From the NCBI GenBank assembly GCA_025201805.1, contig MU619304.1:37539-101538 (forward strand): DNA of 64,000 nucleotides, read 5' to 3'. The translations under genes were made by a program, and so were the position numbers. The stretch is from Parasitella parasitica NRRL 2501. Its lineage: Eukaryota; Fungi; Mucoromycota. Each line of letters starts with the position of its first letter. Position 1 is the stretch's first letter. The notes beneath the pieces were generated by a model. That model had not been told where the DNA came from, ran no database searches, and was given only the letters and a program-made list of their open reading frames with translations. This document shows, piece by piece, positions 38,401 to 50,200 of this stretch.

Positions 38401-39957
38401 TACCATCGTCTGAAATGCCCTCCACAGTAGACTGAATGCCACAGCTCCAGCCGTAGACAGGAGTAGGAAGTCGCAAGTTTGTTTCTCCGCATACAAAATA
38501 ATGGATACCATAGCTAGCATTGGTCAAGTAGTTGACCCAGAACTGGCCATCCACATCCTCAGGCACAACGACACTGGCATCGAAATCTATGCCACTGTCT
38601 AAATCGCGCAATGTGTAAACGAGATGTGCCAAATTGGCATTCATTTGGCTAAAGTTGGTAAGTGAATATATGCTCATTGTGTTGGCTAGTTTGGCTGCTT
38701 TATCAACAGTACGGCTCAAACGATGCGAATTTCTCTTGTTGGCAGGACTAGTAGCAGTGCCGTTACTAAAACGATCGCTTGATTTGGTAGCTGCGGGGGT
38801 TACTGATCCATTGTTGCTGGGCGTAGATTCTGTCGCGGAGTTCATATAATAGCCTCGCAAGGAATTCATGACAGTGCGAGCCCGAGACAATCCAGGGGAG
38901 CCATTAGCGTCGCTGAAAGATTGTGAGCCTTTTTGTGATGCCGTAAAGTAGGCTTTGGATGTTGGCAGGCTGATATGGGTTGCCTTTGTCCAGTATTGCC
39001 GAATTGTATCATATGCTACTCTCCATGTGACAGGGCGCATTTCTGAAACAGAAACTTGATAGATGATGGGTACATGGCGCTCCTGGTGACCTGTTAAGAA
39101 TGCTTTTGGCATGGAAAATTTGGATATACTTCGCATAGACATTCGGCTTGCTGTACTCGAAGTCCTCTTATGAGCTCTTGCACGATCTGAAGGCCTTTCT
39201 TGCTTGATAGGCTGCTCTTCCAATACCGGGTCATGGTGACTTTGGTGTTGTTGCTGTTGCTCATATGCTGATTGCATTGGTGCTACGTGAGGTACCTCAA
39301 AGTCTTGAGGTACTGTCAATGACACTGCACTACCAATGATTAAACGGGCGACATAATCCACAGGAACCACATCAGCCACGCCATCTCCAATATGAGGCTG
39401 AATCACTTTCTTGCCTTTGCCTGTCAGTAGAATAGTACCGTTGATTCCATTTACTCCATCAGCCTGTAGATGAATCAAAACTCTAATATTAATAAAATCA
39501 TAGAAAGAGAGAAAGACTCTTTTGTATTTACCCAGCCAACTAAAGGCTCTTGAACACCAGGACCGACAGGACTCAATCGCATAATGGCTATTGGAAATTG
39601 AGTGGCTCCAGATGTTGATTTGATTCTAAGGACTTCATCTGCAAGGATGTGCTCTGTTAGTGCCTTTGAATAGAGATAAGCATTGTTATATAAGGGTCTA
39701 AAGTAATTGTACTGCTGTTTCTCCAGATTTGGATCAAGGATCTCAGCCATTATTTGTGTAGGTGATGGTGATTCATTTTCAAAAGTAGAAATGGGGTAAA
39801 GGTATTTCTCGTCAGAGGGCTTTGATTCGAATTTTTGAATGTTGGATAAATGGACAAAGGCATCGATGGAATGGCACTTGGTGGCAAAATCAAATAGTTG
39901 CTTGGTTCCGAGTGTGTTGACCTGCAAATCCGGTTAGGTTGGGGATTGGACATGGAA

Positions 39958-39997
<40 letters not shown>

Positions 39998-40714
39998 GAA
40001 ACTTACCCTGACAGAGTTCTGGATGCCTTCATTTCCATCTACATTACCAGCGCAGTGAAAGATAACGTTGATCTGGCTGCAAAGTACATTCAGATCAGCT
40101 TTGGATAGTCCAATATCGACTTCCGTCAAATCACCAAAGACGGGGTAGATTTTCTCTTCGACAAATTCGTCGAAAATGTCAGTTCCCATTGATCTGCGAA
40201 GACTTAGAAAAGCCTGTACCACGGTTATTACCATGTAATTGTCAAAAAATTGCCCCATACATACCTTGTTTGATAAAATGTCGTCCTGCAGACGTCCGTT
40301 TGGAGACCGCTGTCTATTTTGCCTCAACAAGATGAATATTTTGTCGACTGAATCATACAATGACTGTATGAGCTTCCACAAGACAGCCTTTCCAATAAAT
40401 CCAGATGCACCTGTAATTAAGATGCACTTTTGTGTATAAAAAGATTTGATCGATTTCTTGTCCTTATGTCCGTCGTGGTCGTCGTCGTCGATAGAAAAGC
40501 TTTCCCGTTTGCTTTTGCTGTTGCTGCTGTCGTCCAGTTGCGCTTCCAATTCTCCCTCGTCAAAAGGCTGGGCTGAATTTTCTTCTATCTCCTTCACGAC
40601 ATCAAAGACAGTAGGCGAATCTGGTGAAGTTGGAGTTACAGTTCCGCTTGCCATGTAGTCTTGACTTTGCAAGTTTGGGTCAGTGATTGAAATTGTAGGA
40701 ACAGGTAGAGTCAT
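35413..40714 (-). CDS. Fusion of fatty acyl-CoA reductase (NAD_binding_4/male-sterility) and GPAT/DHAPAT-type acyltransferase domains (FARAT-like)
   Basis: N-terminus: ILITGASGFIGK, IFHCAG, VNTLGT, YLYSKALTEH, EPLVGW, ADVVPVDYV. C-terminus: YVPVSKSLLD, GAYYVKR, FCLERSRSRTGK, VFVPINITYE, LSYYANQ, LVYPTVDAYW. Exons join by GT-AG introns, and the FAR end and acyltransferase lie in one continuous 815-aa ORF. Confidence 0.88.
39960..39997. repeat. (TAC)n microsatellite in an intron of the FAR-acyltransferase gene
   Basis: About 12 consecutive TAC units. Confidence 0.95.
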
Positions 40715-42036
40715 GACAATAAAACAGTGTCAGATTTATATAAAAGATTCCCTCAGCCTTATTGAGTAACAGATAACAAAAATAGAAGTCGTTATTTTTT
40801 TTTTTTTGTCAAGCCTCTTCTGGTTGCTTGCAATGTTTTCAAAAAGGATGTTGAAACGGAAGAAAAGGGAAATATAGAATTTTAAAGTGAAGATCTGAAG
40901 TACTTGGTTTTCGGACCTTCTCTTGCTTAATTCAGATATTTTCTTCATTTTAGCAAAGACAAATGTTGTTTAACTTTTAGAATTTGCTCATAAACATGTA
41001 TTTACTGTTGTAGAAGACCCATCTTAACTCTCTCGAATAATTTACCTCCCACGGCTATTAACCAATTCATCCAACAATGCACCAATGTCTTTGATTGTAT
41101 AATGTCTCCTCCATCTGTGTAATAATTGTTACTCAACAGCTTGATAAGAGCTGTATCAAACTAAGCTCGTTACACCAAGATCTCCCATTCTTTAGAGAAG
41201 TACCATGTGCAATTTGAATTCAGTATTTAGGGTTATTAGATTATTGAAGATCAACAAAGGTAAACTCAAACGTCACTCATCACTACAAATCATAACTGCT
41301 GTTACAAGCAATGATTTAGTTGTAATACTATATAACAGATTCATTTTTGTCACACACACACTCTTGAAATAATTCAGAGTTCGCTCACACTCACATAATA
41401 AAAAGAAACTAGCTCACTATCACACACAAATGTCAAATCAAGAGAGGACAATCATCCAACCCATTACATTATTGTTACTGACATGGCACCGAAACGGAGG
41501 GAGAAACGAAAAACGGACAACAAACGTGCCAAACAATATGTCCAAACTATCGATTTTAATAAAATAAAAAAAAGAAAGCATAGATGAGCAATAAGCGTCA
41601 GATAGAAAGACATAGGTTGTACCAGTGCCATTACAATACCTTTAGTACGAATGGCGAGTTCAGAATGATATAATCAAGAAAGGCAATGCATGTACGGATA
41701 CTGAATTTTGAATCTAACTAGGCAAAAAAACATTTGTTTAATTTGGCAAAGGTGCTAATAATGATAGACATCTTATTCGTGTAAAGCACTGATCAAAATT
41801 ATCGAGAATCATTATTAGCTTTGTATATAATTGAGAATATGGTCTCCTTAAATAAAGCATTCTTTATTCTTCTTCTTACTTCTTTAAAAATACTAAATTT
41901 GGTAGGAAGTGCAGTTTAAATGTTTTATGTTGACTGGTCTTGCTTTATTATCAAAAATTTGAAAAAATGTAAAGAACTTTGTAGTAGAGCATCTTTGTTG
42001 TGCCACTGTAAAGGGCGCGGCGAAATGCTGTGTTAA

Positions 42037-42427
42037 TGTTATACGAAAAGGAGTGAACAAGACTTTCTCTGAGTAAAACCAGATACAAAACTAAAGACTT
42101 TTATTCACATGAGATATGATCTCTATTTATACCAGAATATATCCTGATCAATGTTTATCCATGTAACATCTAATATTTGACAGGAAGTGTCAAACATTGT
42201 TAAATCACAACGTTTCCAGGAACAGGCCTATTTTTCTTTTAATAAACAGAAGATGTGAGCAAGATGCCTCCCCGAAATCCCACGATCTGGTCTTAATGTA
42301 ATCTTAGAAATAAACTTAGAACCTTGCAAGAAGTTCAATTACAACCTGTAGCTTATTCCTTATTTGTAAATGAATTGCCACCAATGGGTATCATGATCCG
42401 TACATTAAAACTATCTTAGATATGACA
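42037..42427 (-). mobile_element. Probable solo LTR (about 390 bp)
   Basis: On the minus strand it starts TGTCATA and ends TATAACA (TG..CA, imperfect 7-bp terminal inverted repeat), with TATAAATAGAG (42131-42121) followed by AATAAAA (about 42105-42099). No TSD is visible. Confidence 0.45.
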
Positions 42428-42454
42428 TATTTAGCCTTTATATGGATACAATTA

Positions 42455-44200
42455 GCAAGACCATTTGGAATATGAAAAGATATCTATAAAGCCTAATAAT
42501 CTATATGATTTGGGTCGATTTGATGCAGAATTTGAAGTCTGACAAAATAAATTAGCAAACATTGCAAATTGCAATAGCAACATGTTTCTGAGCTTGAATT
42601 TACCACTGCGAATGTAGGCCTTTAGCAGTGAAGCACCTATTTCAATTGAGGAGCAAAGCATGAACTTCATAAACGATATGGTTATTTCTTAATATATATC
42701 AATAGCCAAGATGTTGTAAAATATGACTTGCAAAGCTATTTTATGTAGCTTTATGTTTTGGTTAAAATAATTGCCGCCTAATCATGACCATCACCTTTTT
42801 TCCCACTCAAAAGCATAATCTACAATCTCTGATATCTTTATAAACCATTAAGCGATAGAGACACTACTTTCAGCCAAAATCTTCTTTTTTTGAAGCATTT
42901 TATAACATATCCAAATTTCACGCACCTCTGGCCATTTTTCAGATTTTGCTATGTTTGGACCCCAAACCTCATATTCAATTTTCAGTTTTCAACTTTGGGT
43001 CATCCTTCAGGGACATTTTTAGGTACGGATTTGGGGTCCAATCCAAGTATACAACCAAATACTGGTATGATAACTGTACCTCACTACGTCTTCCGATTCT
43101 CGATATCTATCTTTGCTGTCAAGATATTCCCAAAACCAAATTTTGCAGATTTTCCAAATTTTACAGCATATGGTCCTATAACAAGTACAAAATTTTGCAA
43201 TTAAATCATGTTCAAGTTTTTAATTAAAGTAATAAAGCACACTTTGGCACACCTATTGGTAATAAACATGCTGTATTCAAGCTCGAATTCGAGAAGATTG
43301 GGTCGATTTTGTCTTTTTACGCTAAACTTTGTCTGCCTGTTTCTCAAAAAGCTACTATAACACTTTGGCTTGAGTGGTTATTAAAATCTTTTTAAAACTT
43401 AATTCTCTACTAGATGTGTAAGTTTTTAGATAGATATGTATAAAAAAATATTTTTTCATATGTTTTTAGCAGAGGCTTAATTTATTTTCATAAATTTCAA
43501 AGCAATAGATAGTATTTAAATATGTATGATAAATCAATAAAATCATAGGGCTACAAAATAGCTATGGAATAGTTTTTATTTGGTTTAAAAATATCAATTT
43601 TTGCGCAAGATATTCGCAAAAAACAGTATGATTCTTTACCCTTTTGAATGGCTTCATTTTGGCCCTCTAAACATAGGGCCGGAAAATCGTAGATTCATTT
43701 TAGTCGAGACAAGATTTTGATTTTTGGCAGATATAATAGAGCTACAGTTGTGAACAAAATATTGATGTGTAGGCATTGAGATGATGGTTTGTTTGGTCAA
43801 CTTTATAGAGCTGAATATGCTCAATATATGCTCGATTTTACTCAAAAACTATCAAAAAGGGCGTTTTTCGAATATTTGAAAATTGGTATTAAGAAAAAGT
43901 GTTTATATAGCCTTTTAATTTATATTTTTGGATGAAGAATTTATTGTTTGGTATAAAACACTTAGTATACATATCCGATATACCTATTGCGTTTATGAGA
44001 TATCTAGCAATGAACTACCTTTAAAAAAGCTCAAATTTGGTTTGGGTCAAATGGAAACATAGTGCTGAGATTCAATCTGCAGCCTTTTTTTTTTATTTTC
44101 GCTGTAAATGAGTGCAACACCTATTTTCAATTGAAGAGCAAAGCATAATTCTAATAGGTACCTTGCGTATGTCTCCATATGAATCGATAGCTGATATACT
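42455..44200 (-). repeat. Right copy of long inverted repeat (near-identical core about 42585-44170)
   Basis: Reverse complement of 18871-20645; see left copy. Confidence 0.97.
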
Positions 44201-44465
44201 GCATAATACGGGCTAAAAAACCATTTTTGTATATCTTTATTTTTGGGTGAAATAAACACCACCAAATCTGAATTATTACCTCTTTTTCTGCTTAAAGACA
44301 TAATTTGCAATTACTGATACCTTTACAAACTATTAAGCGATAAAAACGCAGCTTTCAGCCAAAATATTTTCCGTTTAAACTATTCTACAACATATCCAAT
44401 TCGCAAATATTTCTGATCGTTATTCAGGTTTTGCTATGTTTTTGGACCCCACACTTTATATTCGG
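44065..44465. repeat. Diverged direct repeat of about 42580-42975 (offset about 1485 bp)
   Basis: Example: 44321 TTTACAAACTATTAAGCGATAAAAACGCAGCTTTCAGCCAAAAT vs 42837 TTTATAAACCATTAAGCGATAGAGACACTACTTTCAGCCAAAAT. Also 44429 TTTTGCTATGTTTTTGGACCCC vs 42944 TTTTGCTATGTTTGGACCCC. Confidence 0.85.
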
Positions 44466-44599
44466 AAAACGGAGATGATCTTCCATATTTATAGAGAACC
44501 TATTCCAAATTATACGGGAAAAGATGTTCACTTAAAAAAGATTATATATAATTGCAACGGTTGCTTTGTCAAACTCAAATTCACGAACTACTCGATCTG

Positions 44600-44975
44600 T
44601 GTCAATAGTGACCCAATGCCAAATGGTTTAGAAGAATGATCCAATTTCATGAAAGCGCTGGTGCTTTTGCCCAAGTCGATTAGCTTGCCAGATCCCAGTA
44701 ATCCAGTACCTTCCATTGAAATTTATTATAAGTGGTTTGAGAGACTTTTGCGATAGCTTCAACATCTTGTGTTTGGAGAATCATAGACTTGGAGCCATTA
44801 AGAGTAATGCTTTAACCACTATTGTCGACATCACCATCACCTTCCTTGGGCAACAGTATTGGGTCATTTTGGCGGATTTGTAGCAGGAAGAGACACTACG
44901 TTTGCTAACTGGGGCAGTGAACACCATATTGTTAATCATAAATACCAAGATGGCAATCAAAGAGATACGAGTCAT
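44600..44975 (-). pseudogene. Pseudogene of a Mucorales secreted protein (signal peptide; TQY..PKEGD / EGTGLL family, possibly 3D-domain type)
   Basis: Signal peptide MTRISLIAILVF, kexin-like KR, then SSCYKSAKMTQY/LPKEGDGDVDNSG*SITLNGSK...YNKF/MEGTGLLGSGKLIDLG...KPFGIGS, with frameshifts and a stop. Confidence 0.55.
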
Positions 44976-45007
44976 GGGATTTTACTTCATTTGTATAAAT
45001 CCTGTTA

Positions 45008-45700
45008 TTGGATATACTGCAATCTATTTCCAAAATGGGTCTTTTATGTTGTTAAGATAAAGCAGTTTGGATCTTGGTGCACTCATATAGTGTTATTTGT
45101 GGTAGTATTTGGGCAATCAGAGACAAGAACACTTCCACAAAGAATTCTTTTCGTACAAATTCATTCAAGTTGAAATTGCTGTTTGTGGCCAATTCTTTCA
45201 AGAACATGTATTTTGAAAAAGCAAATGTGTGAGTGATAACTGTATGAGCAGTATTCACTAGATTATACACTGGCTGCAAAAATTCTGGTTTCCATATATT
45301 TTTGATCGTTGTTTTCACTGTCATCACTTTTTCTCCTGTTTTATCATCAAAGTTTTTTCGTTGTAGAACCAGGTTTGGTAGCAGTAGAGTCAGACTTGGA
45401 AGCAGTGACATTGGGTACATTCATGAAACTATCTGGTTGTGTAGTCTTGCTTGATTCACCTACCATTGGACCTTGAGGATTGGTGTTACGAAAGCCGATC
45501 TTGCTTGTGCTACCAATTTCGTCTTTGGCAGAATTGTCGCTTTGTTTACCTATGTAATGAGTGTTTAAAATGCTTTGACTCTTCAACACTTCAGAATATA
45601 ATGTGCGAATACGTACTTCTTTTTCTAAAGGTTACTGATGGCTGAAATCATCGTCTGAATTGTCGGTTATAATTTTTTCATATGCGTCTACCATCATAGC
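45008..45700 (-). pseudogene. Fanzor1 (eukaryotic TnpB homologue) N-terminal WED/REC remnant
   Basis: VMTVKTTIKNIWKPEFLQPVYNLVNTAHTVITHTFAFSKYMFLKEL...FFVEVFLSL..QITLYECTKIQTA/YLNNIK/THFGNRLQYI parallels the Fanzor1 N-terminal pattern (KT...H.l..H....K.yil...y....mT...Ni..HF...l..yin). It is preceded by a low-complexity N-terminal extension. Frameshifted, internally deleted, no RuvC. Confidence 0.68.
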
Positions 45701-47618
45701 TTAAATTAGTAACTTTTTGATCAGAAATTAACATGTATCTTTGCCGTTTCTGTTCTTAAAAGACCCCTCTTCAGAGCAAGAAGTAGAAATGTTCTTCCGA
45801 CTTTTCGTCATCTGTAATTTCCTGAAGGGAATAGTTATTTATATTGTGTCTTCAGAAAACTAGCTTAAAAAAGAAACAAATGTGTAGGGAAAAAAACAAG
45901 ACAGAAAATATTAATGGAGGATGCATTGTAGGTTCTAGTAACGACAATATGTGCTTTTGAATATGACAATTACTTTTGTCGAAATCGACATTTAATTTGA
46001 GGAAACACCATTTATTTTTTTCCAATGGATGTTTATATTCCAATAAATGCCATTTGTCTTTTCAAAATGACAAAATTTACAGGTTGCACTGTATATAATA
46101 TTAGTAATTGCTTTTTTTTGCTTTACAATTCCCACATGCCTCCTTTGTTTCTTTATTTCAATAGAATTTGGGTTACATTTGAGATATATAGACTATCTCT
46201 AAGTGAGATGTAATTAAGAAAAATCGACATAAAGTGACTGTATAGCATGAAGTTTCTGTGTAATAAATTTACCATGTATTTGTAATTGTAGCTTGTACTG
46301 GAAAAAATCCAATACATATTTTCATAAAGGAATAAAATGGGACAATTTTAATTGTCTTGCGTAATATGCTATAAATAAATTTTGCCAGTACGTACAGTCT
46401 TGCAATTGAAAGAGTTTTATGATATCCCAGATAATATTTGTTAATTCATATCAATTTAATATGGATACATGATTAACTACCTTGTATTGTGTCAACTGAG
46501 TACATGCTGAAGGCACTAGAAGTATCTTTGTCAATGTTTGACTACATGTGTTCACCAAGCGATCTTGTTATATATAGTTTCTAACAGCGTACTTCAATTA
46601 AGTAAGTAATCTCTTGATTGGTCTTCCAATCGACTGTTTCAGGCACATCTTATCAAGCAATTTCGCTCATGTTTTCGTACGCCAGTCTGGCGATGTGTAA
46701 TGAGGTCATGTTCTCCCATACATGAATTAAGAACTGTCAAAACATATGTATACATACGTAATGGTATGATAAACATAAAAAAATTACCATAAAATATTGA
46801 TCATAATATGGTTCCTGTCATTGTGCGCATTACACCATATTTTTTTCTATCGGCATGAATGCATGTGTTAGCAAGTATCTGCGAAATACTGAAATCGGTC
46901 TTTAAATAGTCATAGGAACAAAACCTCAACATAATAGTAATGATGGCCAGTGCTCATGTACCCCTTTGAATCATATTATCTATTAATGAATTACATGAAC
47001 TATAAAAAACCGCGGAAAATGGAGACAGTATTATATAAACAAGATAGCAGATAATCCTCTTTTTCAAAGCTTATCTTATTCATATGTAAATAAAGGCGTC
47101 GAATGTGCATTTGACAAGAAATTAAAACATACTATACAACTTCTAGAAAAAGAAGACAAGCAATAATTGTAAACATGCAGATTTGTTTTAAAAGTGTTTG
47201 TAGTAGATATTGTATATTGTTCATATTATTTAAAGGTATGAGGGATGCTGCATTAAACAATATTTTAAAGCAAAAGCATTTTAGCCTGCTGCAACCGTGC
47301 TCAGCGTCGATGTTTCGACTTAACAGATTAATTGAACAATAAAGAACATATTTCTTCATTTAGCACTGCTTTATAACCTTAAACTTTTGACGTGTAACTC
47401 TACCAAAGTGTATTGCTTGACTTGTTTACGAAATCAACGCCAAGTCTAATATATTTATCAATGATGATATCGTGGTGTCACTATTTATAATCGCCGCGAG
47501 CTATATACAGTTACAAACGGTGGGGTCACGCTAGTCTTACTAGTTTTAATTAAATTGCTATACAAAACGCAGATAACAATAGCCTCTTTCCCCTCTTTTC
47601 TCCATCTGCCAACGTAAA

Positions 47619-47850
47619 ATGTCTACCACCACTGAAACTATCACTAATCCCGTCAGCACTGCTAAATTGGATCTACCAGATGTTTGTGATATGGAAAAGA
47701 AGTTTCAATCCAAGATGGAAGTCATCAATAACTATCTGAAAAAAGCACATCATCAGACACAGTGTTACTGGGACGTGATCAAGGTGAGTGCAATCAATCT
47801 GTGGCAATAGTAAAGTATATGTTAAATGTGCTTGTTTATGGTTGATTAAC

Positions 47851-47934
<84 letters not shown>

Positions 47935-48228
47935 NNNNNNNNNNTATTTGCAAGCGAGGAGTTTAGATTGGGAGTCTACATTTTCGGCTTGTTCTCTGCC
48001 CTTCCTGCAGCTGTCTTCTTGCTGTTTTTCACATTGGTTATATTTATCACAACTGTTTTGGTCGGCTTTGTATGGACATTTTTTGTGTTTTCAGCGCTTA
48101 CTATCGGTTTGGCGATATTGGTACCTATTTTGATGGGATGCTCGGTTACAGTGGGATTTTTAATCGTTGGATATGATATTTATCAACATCTGTTACGATT
48201 AAAACAAGCAAACAAAAAGACCCAATGA
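47619..48228 (+). CDS. Promethin/LDAF1-like small membrane protein
   Basis: Exon 1 47619-47783. Exon 2 follows the gap: FASEEFRLGVYIFGLFSALPAAVFLLFF...LTIGLAILVPIL, a long hydrophobic hairpin. The splice acceptor is hidden in the N gap. Confidence 0.6.
47852..47944. other. Poly-T run and 10-N assembly gap
   Basis: About 83 T followed by NNNNNNNNNN. Confidence 0.98.
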
Positions 48229-48602
48229 ATAAATCAGGAAATCTGTAAAAAACATTGCATGCGGTGTGGCCTGTGAGTCTGATGAGGGCGTTATTTTTTT
48301 TTTTTCTCGAGAGACTGAGAGAAAGATCGACACACATATTTAAACATTTGTATCATATTTTTAAATGGAATATCCTAATCAAAGGGTTCTCCGATGTTTT
48401 TTCCTAATACAATAAATGCGTCTAAAATATATAACATGTATTTACTGAATGATTTGTATAGAAATGCCCCTTTCAAGGGTTCTTCTCTTTCATTTTGATT
48501 TGCGCTCTACTTTGTTTTCCCCCTTAATTATTGGAGTATTTAACCTTTTACATTTACACTATATATCATCACATTTCTTTATGTTACGTTTCACTATACA
48601 AC

Positions 48603-49452
48603 ATGTCTAAAACTAGATCTTCTTCCGCTCGCGTTCGTCATAATAAATGGAACAATACCCCTATTCATACAATTGTCTGCACAAATTCAAATACAAGTTC
48701 CAACAAGAAAAGCTCGTTTGAAACCATCATACATCATCCTCGCCGTCTGGGCTCAGGTTCTGCTTGCGAAAGATGCAGAAGTCGAAAAACGAAATGCGAT
48801 GGCGGACAACCATGCTCATTTTGCGCCACACATGGCATCCAATGCGTCCACCGTCAAAAGAAGAAAAAGAGAAATTCGTACTTTTATGGCCCCAATGATG
48901 CCGGCGACAAACTGGATGCTATAAATGTCCAACTCCCTTCTTCTTTATATCGTCAGCATAGAAACCAAGCACCAGATTTTAAACAGAGGAAAGCGCAATC
49001 TTCTTATTTCGATACTGTGATACAACAAGATTCAATTAAAATCAGTGATGCTAGTAGTACCGATAGTAGCATTAGCTCAATTTGCAGCATGCATGGTAAT
49101 GTACAATATACATATGAAAAATTAGGCTTTCGCACGAAACTGTATTAACTGGCATAATCTAGTACCTGAGGAAGTTGTATATGACAAAAAGGACCAACCA
49201 AGATCTGCTGCATTATCGGCAGATGATCCTCATCCAGAATCTTGGTCAAATAGAAGAATGCCGAGCATGTTGGGTAAGGAGAATACAATGACCATATTGA
49301 CACTATATCCGAAATGAAAAAAGCACGCTATCTGATTAAAGTTTTATTAATCGCACTTGTACTATTTTCTTTGTGTAGATCAATTATCACATCGTACATT
49401 TACGCTCGAAGCGATATATGCTTCGTGCCATAATACTTGGCAACAAAAGTAA
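48603..49452 (+). CDS. Small Zn(II)2Cys6 binuclear cluster transcription factor
   Basis: ACERCRSRKTKCDGGQPCSFCATHGIQCVH. Two downstream GT-AG introns give a short tail ending QQK* at 49452 (3' structure less certain). Confidence 0.85.
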
Positions 49453-50200
49453 AATCTTTTGTATATACATATATAACAATCTCGTCTAAAGCGTATAGAT
49501 ACGCTTAGGCCATAATAGTCATTATAATACACCACACAAACATCCGGAAAAGCATGCTTTTGTCTCCCTGCTTTATTTTTTACGTCCCCTTTTCATAATC
49601 AAAAATCGCTTAATAAAAAAAAACCTCCCAGGAAAAAGAAGACATACATTATAGAGGTGAAGCAAGAGATAACACTATTCTCTTGCAGAAAATAGGACTG
49701 ATAGTGTGCCACATGTGTTTTCATTTATATAGAATATGTACATGTAAAAGCGAATTGCAGAAACCGTCGATCTACTATAAATCAATGCTGGTTGATGCAG
49801 TTGCAACGACGAATCTGTTTATGCTCATCAAATATTCGTTGTATCCTTCGTTGATATCTTGGCCACAATCCCCTATCTTTACTTTGAATATGTCCTACAA
49901 AAACATGGCTTGCTTCAGTGACCTCTCATCAGCAAAAGGCACCGTACTTTTTCAAGCTCTGTGGTGTTCCCCTTACATAGAAATCATGATCCGATCACCA
50001 AAAAAAAGAGCTTATGACACACTCGAGGTGTTCCTCTTGCTGTATTCACATTTGAAACGAGACTTAATTCACAATGATGTTGCATGATGGGGGATACCCC
50101 CGTAAGGTGACTGGTTTGACAGGTGCAAGTGTGCTCAGACAACACATTTAAGATGCAGTATCAGTCTAGACGATTCTCTTCTGTTATTTTTTTATTAAAC

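Noticed and set aside
47788-47944. Poly-Phe ORF
   Set aside because: Artefact of the intronic poly-T run and assembly gap; the T-run length is unreliable.
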